A stretch of 49,516 bases of DNA. Source: an uncultured Bacilli bacterium (lineage in GTDB: Bacteria; Bacillota_I; Bacilli_A; RFN20; CAG-826). How positions within the stretch are numbered: position 1 is the stretch's first letter; every line of letters starts with the position of its first letter. Made by a program: the position numbers and the translations under genes. The notes under the pieces were generated by a model. The model made no database searches. It saw only the letters and a list, made by a program, of their open reading frames with translations, and was not told the origin of the DNA. Shown piece by piece: positions 8,303 to 17,363 of the stretch. Location: NCBI GenBank assembly GCA_905235705.1, contig CAJOML010000010.1, positions 1 through 49,516 on the forward strand. Direction: 5' to 3'.

Positions 8303-8342
8303 AAAAAAATCTCCCCTCCAAATGTCCAATTTGGAAAAGGGG
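8303..8342 (-). terminator. terminator downstream of the nrnA/cysQ-like pair
   Basis: Minus strand reads CCCCUUUUCCAAAU...AUUUGGAGGGG followed by a U-run. Confidence 0.65.
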
Positions 8343-8458
8343 CACAAAGAAGGAGAAAAAAGTAGCAATTAAATGGGATTTTGCGACCTTTAAACGAATT
8401 TGATGACGTATTTTTCCGGCCCTTAATATTGAAAAATAGAGGGGAAATGCGGAAAAAA

Positions 8459-9247
8459 TTATTTGATGAATGCGTTTTCTTTTTTATTGGCGACGACATA
8501 CCCTTTGCGGTTATAGACGTCTTTGCGGTTATAGGTAAATTCATGGCCATCGGGCTCAGCCATATAGCCACCGGCTTCCCTGACGATGAGGTCGCCGCTG
8601 GCGACATCCCATTCTTTTGTTCCACTAGAGCAGCGGTAGAAGAAATCGGCACTGCCCTCGGCGATCGCGCAAAATTTCAAAGCCGCCCCCACCATGCGAG
8701 GTTCCCCTTCGAAAGAAGCGGCGTGTTCTTCCATGAATTTCTTTTCTTCTTCTTTAAAGAAAGAAATGGAACGCAAGGCCCTAAGGTGGTCATCGCGAGA
8801 TGAAACATGGATTGGTGTGACTTTCCCATCTTTTTCGATGCGGAAAGCTCCTTCCCCTTTGATGGCATAATAACAAATCCCTAAGGTCGGGGCATTAATC
8901 ACCCCTAGCACCACTTCGCCGTTTTTTGCCAAAGCGACATTGGTGGTAAATTGGCCATTGCGGGAGACGAATTCCTTCGTCCCATCGACCGGATCGATAA
9001 TCCAAATATATTCTTTGGCGAAACGTTCATCGGTATCTTGGCTTTCTTCGGTGAGAAAACCATATGCGGGGAAACGCTTGCCTAGATATGCGCGTAAGAT
9101 GTCATCGGCCCCTTTGTCGGCGGCGGTGACAGGAGAATCATCGGACTTGATTTCCACTTCGAATGGGGTCGCATATACCTTAAGGATATGGACTTGGGCT
9201 AGTTTGACAGCTTCAATGACGGCGTTAAGCTCAGATTCATATTTCAT
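8459..9247 (-). CDS. cysQ: inositol-monophosphatase-family protein, CysQ-like 3'(2'),5'-bisphosphate nucleotidase
   Basis: WIIDPVDGTKEF motif, where DGTKEF is more CysQ-like than SuhB-like, plus the FLTEES metal site. 262 aa. Confidence 0.75.
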   Translation of the reverse strand: MKYESELNAVIEAVKLAQVHILKVYATPFEVEIKSDDSPVTAADKGADDILRAYLGKRFPAYGFLTEESQDTDERFAKEYIWIIDPVDGTKEFVSRNGQFTTNVALAKNGEVVLGVINAPTLGICYYAIKGEGAFRIEKDGKVTPIHVSSRDDHLRALRSISFFKEEEKKFMEEHAASFEGEPRMVGAALKFCAIAEGSADFFYRCSSGTKEWDVASGDLIVREAGGYMAEPDGHEFTYNRKDVYNRKGYVVANKKENAFIK

Positions 9248-10200
9248 ACATCGGGCTCCACTTTATCTAAATCATATAATACATCAAGGATATTGACTCC
9301 GTCGTGGCGAAGTTCCAAACCTGCCGCATAACGATGTCCGCCCCCTTTGAATTTCTTTGCCGTGGGTTGAACGGGATAACGTTTGTTCGAACGTAACTCG
9401 ACGCGGTAATGCCCATATTCGTCCTGGCAGAAAAGGGCATACGTATGGGATTCGGTAGCCACATCGGCTAAGGCGTTAACGAATTCAGATGCTTTTTCAT
9501 AGGGGAGGTCACGGGATTGGTAATCTTCTCTAGAAACAACCAAATAAGTGACCGAACCAAGTTTCTGAGCGGCTTTCCTCATCCAGTTTTTATAGGCTTT
9601 GGTGACATCGTCTTCAGCATAGACAAGGTCGATTAATTTATCTTTGTCGGCCCCTAATTTTGAAAGGGCACCAGCATAAGCCAAAGTCTTCTCGGTCGTG
9701 CCAAAGAAATGGAAACGTCCCGAATCGGTCATCATGCCAAGGTATAAGGCATTCGCGGCAAGTTTATTTATCTTCCAATGGTTTTCGAAGGCAAGTTCGG
9801 CAATCATTTCCGCCGCGGCAATACGTTCTTCATCGACCCAGCAGTCCCAAGAAAAAGGTTCTAGGTCAAGATTAATGCAGTGATGGTCGATTTTCATCCA
9901 GCTTTTGGCTTTATAAACGCGGGGATCTTCAACTCGGCGTAAGCAAGAAACGTCCACCAAAATCGCCAAAGAAGAGGCGATTGTTTTTTCATCGACTTCA
10001 TCCATATGGGCAAGATAATCCATGACTGGCTTATAGCCGCTTCCGATGGCGTAAACCTTCTTGTGAGGGAAGTTTTCTTTAATTAATTCCCTTAGCCCGA
10101 TTTGGCTTCCATAACAATCCCCATCGGGGGCGGCATGACCAAAAATGGTGATTACACCAGCCTCTTTGATTTTGGAAACGAGCTCTGGGTGAAAATCCAT
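9244..10200 (-). CDS. nrnA: DHH/DHHA1 phosphoesterase, NrnA-like nanoRNase / pAp phosphatase
   Basis: GHAAPDGDCYGS, DHH (KIDHHC) and the DHHA1 GGGH motif (KGGGHRYAAG). ATGA overlap with the cysQ-like gene. Confidence 0.85.
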   Translation of the reverse strand: MDFHPELVSKIKEAGVITIFGHAAPDGDCYGSQIGLRELIKENFPHKKVYAIGSGYKPVMDYLAHMDEVDEKTIASSLAILVDVSCLRRVEDPRVYKAKSWMKIDHHCINLDLEPFSWDCWVDEERIAAAEMIAELAFENHWKINKLAANALYLGMMTDSGRFHFFGTTEKTLAYAGALSKLGADKDKLIDLVYAEDDVTKAYKNWMRKAAQKLGSVTYLVVSREDYQSRDLPYEKASEFVNALADVATESHTYALFCQDEYGHYRVELRSNKRYPVQPTAKKFKGGGHRYAAGLELRHDGVNILDVLYDLDKVEPDV

Positions 10201-10335
10201 AGCCGGCTATTATACATAAATTCGATAATAAGGGTAATAAAAAGCAAAGCCCTTATCCTCGCGTGGCTTTCGATTCCATCGCTTCAAGGAGCATCAAGGA
10301 CGAAGACGTAGCGTATAAGCAGACGGGGGAATCAC

Positions 10336-10366
10336 AAAAAGCGGGAAGGTTTTAGCCTCTCCCGCT
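10336..10366 (-). terminator. rpoE terminator
   Basis: Minus strand reads GCGGGAGAGG-CUAAAA-CCUUCCCGC followed by UUUUU. Confidence 0.7.
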
Positions 10367-10384
10367 TGCAGTGCTTATCTTCAA

Positions 10385-10816
10385 TTATTCGTAATCGGAG
10401 TCGCGATGTGACCCTTCATAAGGTTCGCCATCGGAGTTGACCAATTCGCCCTCGTCATCGAGGGGGCTCGGCTCTTCGCCGGTATCCGAACCCATGTATT
10501 GGTTATATTCACGTTCTTCCTTGGCGTCTTCAGGATCTTGGGCGGCCGGGTCATCGGCTTCATAGAACTTAGAGGCGTCGGCATGGACTTCGGAGAATTC
10601 GTGACGTTCGGAAAGATCCCAATAGTTATCGGTGAAGACGGAGAATTTCCCAGTAAGGGAAAGATCGCTATAGAAACGTCCGATACGTTCGGGCTCTTCT
10701 TCGGGGAGGATCTCAAGTCTTTCTTTGACTTGGCCCCAAAGATCGGAGAATTTCATCATCGATCCATTTTCTTTCAAAATCGCATAGGCGGTTTCAATCA
10801 TGCTTCCAGATTTCAT
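10385..10816 (-). CDS. rpoE: RNA polymerase delta subunit
   Basis: HARE-HTH-like N-terminal domain (IGRFYSDLSLTGKFSVFTDNYWDL) and a strongly acidic C-terminal tail. Confidence 0.85.
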   Translation of the reverse strand: MKSGSMIETAYAILKENGSMMKFSDLWGQVKERLEILPEEEPERIGRFYSDLSLTGKFSVFTDNYWDLSERHEFSEVHADASKFYEADDPAAQDPEDAKEEREYNQYMGSDTGEEPSPLDDEGELVNSDGEPYEGSHRDSDYE

Positions 10817-10837
10817 CTTTTTATATCCTTTCTTTTA

Positions 10838-12460
10838 TTACATTTTGGTGGGGGCGGAGACGCCTAAGATACCTAAGGCGTTCTCCATCGCGATTTTCAC
10901 GGCTTTGATTAAGGCTAACCGAGAAGAGGTTAACGCCAAATCATCGCGGTTAATGACGTGGCATTTGGCATAGAATTCATGGAATTTCTCAGCCAATTCA
11001 TGAGCGTAGGCGGCCACTTTATAAGGGGCTCTATCCCGCGCTGCAGTCTCTATCATACTCGGGAAATCGGCCAAATGCTTCAAAATTGATAATTCTTCGT
11101 TCGTGGTTAGCCCCTTTCCCGATTCATCAAGGGGGATATCTTCGCCAAGGTTAAGGATGGAGCAGCATCTTGCATGGGCATATTGGCAATAATACACCGG
11201 GTTAGAAGAGGATTGCTCCAAGGCGAGGTTGTAATTGAAATCAAGATGGCTGGATTGGCTACGTTCGATAAAGAAATACCTAACCGCATCGACGCCGACA
11301 TCTTCGACGAGTTCACGGTGAGCAATGGCCTTACCGGTGCGTTTGCTCATCTTGACTTCTTCGCCATCACGGAAAACACGGACGACTTGGACGAAGGTGA
11401 CTTCAAGATAATCTTGGTCATAGCCTTTCATCATCAAAGCCGATTTCATACGGTTGACATATCCGTGGTGGTCAGACCCCAAGACATCGATTAAATGGTC
11501 AAAGCCACGGCTTGCCTTGTTATAGTGGTAGCAGATGTCAGGCATGAAATAAGTCGGCTGTCCATTGCTTTTGATAACGGGACGATCCTTATCATCTAAA
11601 TAATCGGTGGTCTTTAAGAAGGTTGCGCCTTCGCTTTGATAAAGATGGGGGGCAAGGAATTCCAATGTCTTCTCGATGTTCCCGCCTTTGCGGATATCCG
11701 ATTCATAAGTGAAGACATCGAAGCTAACGCCAAAGGAAGAAAGGTCTTCTTTTAATTTGGAAAGATTGGCGTCGATACCATAACGGATAAAGAAATCATG
11801 GCTTTCTTGGGTATCGGTTAAATATTTATCGCCATATTTGTCTTTGATTTGTTGGGCAATGCCAATTAGCTCACGGCCATGATAATCATCATCGCCAAGG
11901 ACGAGAGGTTCACCGTAGAGTTCATGGTAACGGGCACGGATAGATTGACCAAGGTGCTCGATTTGGTTACCGCAGTCATTGACATAGAATTCGCGGGTAA
12001 CATCATAGCCATCATAGGTAAGTAGCCTCGCTAACGAATCGCCCACGGCAGCGCAACGAGTATGGCCTAAATGAAGGTCGCCAGTGGGGTTGGCGGAAAC
12101 GAATTCGACATTGATTTTTTGCTTTTTCGATGGGAGTTTGCCGAAATTTTCGCCTTCAGCAATGACTTTTGCGACGACATTTTGAAGGGCGTCCTTCTTC
12201 ATGAAGAAATTGATAAAGCCAGGACCGGCGATTTCAATCTTTTCGATTTGCTCAAGTTTGATATGGGGGATTAATTCGGTCGCCAAATCACGCGGGGCTT
12301 TCCCGGCAAGACGAGACAAACGCATGGCCAGGTTAGTCGAATAATCACCATGTGCCTCATCGCGGCTGCGTTCAATGACGATCGTTGAAGAAGGGGCATC
12401 GAGATTTAACTCTTTTGCCGCTTCAGCAAGGGCGATTTTAAGTGCTTCTTCATTACTCAT
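10838..12460 (-). CDS. argS: arginine--tRNA ligase
   Basis: ANPTGDLHLGH (HIGH) and MSKRTG (KMSK) motifs. Start trimmed to MSNEEAL at 12460. Confidence 0.95.
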   Translation of the reverse strand: MSNEEALKIALAEAAKELNLDAPSSTIVIERSRDEAHGDYSTNLAMRLSRLAGKAPRDLATELIPHIKLEQIEKIEIAGPGFINFFMKKDALQNVVAKVIAEGENFGKLPSKKQKINVEFVSANPTGDLHLGHTRCAAVGDSLARLLTYDGYDVTREFYVNDCGNQIEHLGQSIRARYHELYGEPLVLGDDDYHGRELIGIAQQIKDKYGDKYLTDTQESHDFFIRYGIDANLSKLKEDLSSFGVSFDVFTYESDIRKGGNIEKTLEFLAPHLYQSEGATFLKTTDYLDDKDRPVIKSNGQPTYFMPDICYHYNKASRGFDHLIDVLGSDHHGYVNRMKSALMMKGYDQDYLEVTFVQVVRVFRDGEEVKMSKRTGKAIAHRELVEDVGVDAVRYFFIERSQSSHLDFNYNLALEQSSSNPVYYCQYAHARCCSILNLGEDIPLDESGKGLTTNEELSILKHLADFPSMIETAARDRAPYKVAAYAHELAEKFHEFYAKCHVINRDDLALTSSRLALIKAVKIAMENALGILGVSAPTKM

Positions 12461-12462
12461 GA

Positions 12463-12939
12463 TTATTCCTCCAACAAGATGATAGCCCGGCATGAGGCGG
12501 CCTCTTTCAGCCCAATTGGGCCAAGGCCTTCGCCGGTTTTGCAGGTGATACCAATACGTTTGGTTTCGATTTTTAAGGTTTGGGCCAAACTCTCCTTAAA
12601 TGCGTCGATATAAGGGGAGAGTTTTGGCTCTTGGGCATGGATGACTAAGGCAAGGTTTTCAATGGAATAACCTTCTTCATCGATTTTCGATTTGGCGAAT
12701 TCCAAGATCTTTCGGCTATCGATGCCCTTGATGGATTCTTCGCTTGGCGGAAAATAATAACCGATATCCCTTAGGCCAAGGGCGCTAAGAATGGCATCGG
12801 AGACGGCGTGGAAAACAATATCCCCATCGCTATGTCCGGCAAGTCCTTTTTCATAAGGGACTTTGACGCCGGCGATGATCAGAGGGATGCCTTTTTCATA
12901 ACGATGGAGGTCTTCGCCTAAGCCAATCCGTTTTTCCAT
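12463..12939 (-). CDS. ispF: 2-C-methyl-D-erythritol 2,4-cyclodiphosphate synthase
   Basis: 158 aa. GLGEDLHR, GHSDGD and the IspF-wide layout. Confidence 0.95.
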   Translation of the reverse strand: MEKRIGLGEDLHRYEKGIPLIIAGVKVPYEKGLAGHSDGDIVFHAVSDAILSALGLRDIGYYFPPSEESIKGIDSRKILEFAKSKIDEEGYSIENLALVIHAQEPKLSPYIDAFKESLAQTLKIETKRIGITCKTGEGLGPIGLKEAASCRAIILLEE

Positions 12940-12940
12940 C

Positions 12941-14050
12941 TTAATTATTGAACCGGAAGAAGACGCAGTCGCCGTCTTTCATCCGATACTCCTTTCCTTC
13001 CATTCGTAATTTCCCGGCTTCCTTAATCGCGGCTTCGGATCCATATTTCTTCAAATCTTCGAAATCATAGGTCTCGCATTTGATGAAGCCTTTTTGGAAA
13101 TCGGTGTGAATGATGCCAGCACATTCGGGGGCGGTCATGCCGTTTTCAAAAGTCCATGCACGGCATTCGTCTTTTCCGCAAGTGAAGAAGGTGGCAAGAT
13201 TCAATAATTTATAAGCGGCTTTCGTTAATTTGCCTAAGCCGGATTCGCTTGCGCCTAAAGAGGCAAGGAATTCTTTCTTCTCCTCTTCGCCAAGTTCGGA
13301 TAATTCATATTCGATTTGGCAAGAGACGGGGATGCATTCCGCGTTTCTTTCTGATGCAAGTTTGGCTAAGGTTTGGTAATAGGCGCATCCTTCGAGATTG
13401 GAATAATCGCTATCGGCGACATTGGCCACATAAAGGATTGGTTTCAGGGTCAAAAGGAAGAAATTCTTTTTGGCATAATTTAATTGCTCTTGGCTAAGCT
13501 CTTTGCATAACCTTGCCGGAATACCTTGTTCTAAGGTTTTCTTCAAGGGATTTAGAATCGCCATTTCATAAACGGCAACCTTATCTTTGGATACACGTGC
13601 TTTGTTTTCGATACGTCCAATCCTGCCAACGACCGAATCCAAATCGGCCATGGCAAGTTCTAAATCGATGATTTCGACGTCACGAATCGGGTCGACTTTA
13701 TTTTCGACGTGGATGATCTCATCCGAATCGAAGCAACGCACCACTTCACAGATGGCATCGCATTCGCGGATGGCGGCAAGGAATTGGTTACCAAGCCCTT
13801 CGCCTTTGGATGCTCCTTTGACAAGTCCAGCGATATCGAAGAATTCGAAAGTCGCGTTGATTTTCCTTTCCGGTTTGAACAAATCGGTAAGGAAATCGAG
13901 TCTTTCATCAGGGACCATGACAATCCCCGAATTGGGCTTGATGGTGGCGAATGGATAATTGGCCGCCTCAACATGTGAATTAGTAATGGCGTTGAACAAT
14001 GTGGATTTACCGACATTGGGCAAGCCGACGATTCCCGCTTTCATTGACAT
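12941..14050 (-). CDS. ychF: ribosome-binding ATPase YchF
   Basis: GIVGLPNVGKST G1 motif, TGS-like C-terminus. Start at MSMKAG, with GAGGT upstream. Confidence 0.95.
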   Translation of the reverse strand: MSMKAGIVGLPNVGKSTLFNAITNSHVEAANYPFATIKPNSGIVMVPDERLDFLTDLFKPERKINATFEFFDIAGLVKGASKGEGLGNQFLAAIRECDAICEVVRCFDSDEIIHVENKVDPIRDVEIIDLELAMADLDSVVGRIGRIENKARVSKDKVAVYEMAILNPLKKTLEQGIPARLCKELSQEQLNYAKKNFFLLTLKPILYVANVADSDYSNLEGCAYYQTLAKLASERNAECIPVSCQIEYELSELGEEEKKEFLASLGASESGLGKLTKAAYKLLNLATFFTCGKDECRAWTFENGMTAPECAGIIHTDFQKGFIKCETYDFEDLKKYGSEAAIKEAGKLRMEGKEYRMKDGDCVFFRFNN

Positions 14051-14102
14051 AAAACTACCTCTAGGCAAGGGAATAATACACTTGTCAAAGACAAGAGGAA
14101 AG

Positions 14103-14124
14103 AAAAACCCCGTCTAGCGGGGCC
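14103..14124 (-). terminator. csp terminator
   Basis: CCCCG-TCTAG-CGGGG hairpin; a U-run follows on the minus strand. Confidence 0.7.
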
Positions 14125-14144
14125 AATTCTTTTCTTACTTTGGG

Positions 14145-14345
14145 TCAGTCTGCTTTCTTCACATTGCAAGCACGTAATCCGCGCTCGGATGGTTCCACTT
14201 CGAATTCGACTGCTGCCCCTTTGTCTAGCGTCTTATAACCGTCCATTAAAATGGCGGAATAGTGGAAGAAGTAGTCATTCCCGTCTTCAGCGTGGATGAA
14301 GCCAAAGCCCTTTTCCGCGTTGAACATTTTGACATTACCTTTCAT
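14145..14345 (-). CDS. cold-shock protein (CspA family)
   Basis: [17 protein letters not shown]... RNP motifs. 66 aa after trimming the N-terminal ORF extension. Confidence 0.95.
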   Translation of the reverse strand: MKGNVKMFNAEKGFGFIHAEDGNDYFFHYSAILMDGYKTLDKGAAVEFEVEPSERGLRACNVKKAD

Positions 14346-14573
14346 TCTTCTATCCTTCTGGCATGTTTTGCCAAAGCAAACTATATACCCAAAATTACAA
14401 AACAAAAACACTTTTTTCTCGATATCATCGAAGAAATTCGGTTTTATATTGCCTGGAAATGAGATTTTGACATATCCGATAAAACCTTTTTGGTGGGATA
14501 AATTTGGAAACTGAGCCGCTAAAAATCAGAAAGTGAGAAGGAATCATATAGGGATGGAAACTCTAATCTTTTT

Positions 14574-17363
14574 TTATTCGCTTTTCCTAAACATCATCAT
14601 CGAAATGCCGATGCGGATGACAAGAAGAAAAAGAAGGGATACCCCAAGCACCAATAAGAAAGGCCAATAAGAGAAGGCCAAAGAAAAAGGTGAAGAAAAA
14701 AGTCGGCTTAGATAAAACTTTATCCCGATTTGACATAACAAGATAAGTAGCCATGAACTCATAACCCCAATCAAAGAATAAATAAGGGCATGGGAAAAAT
14801 AGATATCGGCGAGATTGTTTTTGGTTATCCCCATCACATAAAACAAAGAAGTCTCTTCCCCGTTCTCCGAGATGGTGATGGAAATGACGATGATAAAAAG
14901 CAAAACCGAGACCCCTATCCCAACCGAAGAAAAGGCAATTAAGATGACGCGGATATAATCCATCGTCTCTTCCAAGGAGGAAGATATCTCAACCGAAGGA
15001 TCATAAAACCGATATTCAGGATAGGCTTTGGCCAAAGTTGTAATCAGGCCGCTTGTGTCGCTTCCTTCCTTTGCATAAAAGATGGCGCCTGAAGGCTCTA
15101 AAGAAAAAGGCGACATGCCACATAATTCAATTGGCCCGTCAAATGTCCAGTCCGATACAAGATATATGGTATCGTAGTCCCCATTTACGACACCTGTGAC
15201 CTTAAATTCCCCATATCTAAAGTCACGTACATAACGATTCCCGAGAGCTTCGGCATTCACTTCCATCGAGAAATGAAGTGACGTGACCTCGCCCCACTTC
15301 GCCGCAAGCGAACTTGAGATCGCGCATTCTTCTAGGCCGGTTGGCAGGCTTCCTGATATCGTTTTTTCCCCTACCCCTATCCGTAAAGAAGATTCACCTG
15401 TGGCAAGAAAACAGCCGTCTTTAACTTGCTTGCCGATGTCAAATAAAGCACCTGCCATTTCATAAGGGACATCGCTATAGGCATCCGAGGCCTCAATTAG
15501 TTCTTCTAATGAGGGGGAGAGAAAGAATTTGCCGCTAAAGCCACTGACAATCGAGCCCGGTTCGGCATAATACCCGCCCGCAGAAACGATGTTCCTCCCG
15601 GCAAATTCAGCATGGGAGGAATATATGTCTTCGATTTCCGAAAAGGGGATCCCGCCTTTATCGCAAGAATAAGCAAAGAGGCGATTTAAGGTACAGGCGT
15701 ATCCCGCCTCGCATAAAGAGGGGTGATAAAAAGAGGAAGCGCGTTCAAAGACAAAGCGATTTCCCACTTCATCAAAACGGATGGCTTTCATGAATTCGCT
15801 CACCGGACAAGATAAGCTTAGATATGGCACTTCCTGAATATATTGAGGAGAGGGATTGCTTTCCGTTAAGGAAGAACGAAAATACATCGTTTCCAAAATA
15901 ATGGAACGGTTCCAGCGATGATCGCTATGGAAGAAACAAGGATAAGGGCTTTCTTTAACCCCGACGACGCTAAAGAGTTCCTCATCTTCAAATCCCCAAT
16001 CGATATGGGAAGCGTGAAGGACAATCATCAAGCCACGTGCACTAATATAGTCACCCAAAGATTGATAACTCCTTGCAATTTGTAGGCTCAAACACATATT
16101 CGCCATCGTGGCATAAGGGAGGCCTAATATCACCTCGTCTTTGCTCATATTTATGGCATGACGAGGATAAACCATCTCCCCTTGCCCAGGGTCATACCAT
16201 TTGAAATCGTTGATTTGGCGCATGCTAAACCCAGGAAGAAGGGTGACGTTAATGCCAGCGTTATAAGAAAAATAATTATCGTCGCTAAACCAAGATTCAT
16301 AATCAAGTAGCAATGACGTCCCATAGTCTTCGACCATATCCGGATAAGCATCGACGAAATAGGAAATGTCCTCTAAGCTTGCCGCATATACCTCCCCTAA
16401 AATTGCTCCCTGCCCATTGTTTTTGCCCATGATAATGCTAGAAGTCGGAACGATGGAGGCAAAGGAAGCATTCACCTCGTCTTGGATGGATATCGATAAA
16501 TAAGAAGCAATCCCTAGCGCCCCTAAGCCTAGGGCAATCGCTCCTTGTGAAAGAAGGGAACGAAAGCGCTTCGCCTTAACGATGTGGAAAGCATGGGAAA
16601 TCATGAATCCCCAATCCAATCTAGGCTTTCGTTTTCTCTCCCCGATTTTGATGGACTTGGGGATGGGACAGCGATTCGGCTCTTTTTCTTTGATCGTCGT
16701 TTCTTTGATTTGGCCGTCTTTAAGGTGAATGATTTCCTGACAATAATTCTCGATTAAAGGGCGGTCATGGCTAACCACGATCACCAGCGCCTTTTTAGCC
16801 ACCCCTTTTAACAAATCGAAAATCATCTTGGCGTTTGCTTCGTCTAAAGCCCCAGTCGGCTCATCGCAAAGAAGCATCACCGGATCGCAAGCCAAACTTC
16901 GCGCGATGGCAACGCGTTGTTTCTCCCCGCCTGAAAGGGTGTTGACGCGTTGATTTACTTTTCTTTCCATCCCGACAAATCGAAGCAGGTCCATGCTCTT
17001 TTGCCTTTTCTCTTCTTCGTTAGCCTCATAAATAGCATCTAAAGGGGCCTTTACATTGACAAGCACCGTTTCAAGTTCAAGAAGGCGGAAATTCTGGAAG
17101 ACATAGCCAATCCTGGATAATCGGGTTAAGGCTCTTTCGTTCGCGCTCATCTTCTTCCATTCTTTACCGAAAAATTTGGCTTCCCCTTCATAGCCGGCAT
17201 CGATGCCTGAAAGAATATTTAACAAAGTCGATTTCCCTGAACCGGAATGACCTAAAATCCCAATTAGCCCGGCATGATGAAAACTTAGGTTAATCCCTTT
17301 TAAGGCCGAATCTTTGCCATAGCGGCGCGACAGTTTTCTTAATCGAATCACCTCATTCATCAC
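14574..17363 (-). CDS. fused ABC ATPase + FtsX/MacB-type permease with a very large extracytoplasmic domain
   Basis: N-terminal Walker A GHSGSGKST, signature LSGGEKQR, Walker B LLCDEPT. One TM helix, then about 500 aa of Cys-rich non-TM sequence, then three C-terminal TM helices. Confidence 0.85.
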   Translation of the reverse strand: MMNEVIRLRKLSRRYGKDSALKGINLSFHHAGLIGILGHSGSGKSTLLNILSGIDAGYEGEAKFFGKEWKKMSANERALTRLSRIGYVFQNFRLLELETVLVNVKAPLDAIYEANEEEKRQKSMDLLRFVGMERKVNQRVNTLSGGEKQRVAIARSLACDPVMLLCDEPTGALDEANAKMIFDLLKGVAKKALVIVVSHDRPLIENYCQEIIHLKDGQIKETTIKEKEPNRCPIPKSIKIGERKRKPRLDWGFMISHAFHIVKAKRFRSLLSQGAIALGLGALGIASYLSISIQDEVNASFASIVPTSSIIMGKNNGQGAILGEVYAASLEDISYFVDAYPDMVEDYGTSLLLDYESWFSDDNYFSYNAGINVTLLPGFSMRQINDFKWYDPGQGEMVYPRHAINMSKDEVILGLPYATMANMCLSLQIARSYQSLGDYISARGLMIVLHASHIDWGFEDEELFSVVGVKESPYPCFFHSDHRWNRSIILETMYFRSSLTESNPSPQYIQEVPYLSLSCPVSEFMKAIRFDEVGNRFVFERASSFYHPSLCEAGYACTLNRLFAYSCDKGGIPFSEIEDIYSSHAEFAGRNIVSAGGYYAEPGSIVSGFSGKFFLSPSLEELIEASDAYSDVPYEMAGALFDIGKQVKDGCFLATGESSLRIGVGEKTISGSLPTGLEECAISSSLAAKWGEVTSLHFSMEVNAEALGNRYVRDFRYGEFKVTGVVNGDYDTIYLVSDWTFDGPIELCGMSPFSLEPSGAIFYAKEGSDTSGLITTLAKAYPEYRFYDPSVEISSSLEETMDYIRVILIAFSSVGIGVSVLLFIIVISITISENGEETSLFYVMGITKNNLADIYFSHALIYSLIGVMSSWLLILLCQIGIKFYLSRLFSSPFSLAFSYWPFLLVLGVSLLFLLVIRIGISMMMFRKSE

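Noticed and set aside
10255-10300. A tRNA-like TTCGATTCC (T-loop-like) string in the rpoE-nrnA spacer.
   Set aside because: The flanking bases do not form a T-stem or acceptor stem, and no anticodon arm can be drawn. I found no convincing tRNA anywhere in the window.
14412-14573. A 160-nt gap between the ABC operon's 3' end and csp, as a possible ncRNA or riboswitch.
   Set aside because: It is most simply the csp promoter plus the long 5' UTR typical of cold-shock genes. I see no conserved riboswitch core and no convincing terminator hairpin.
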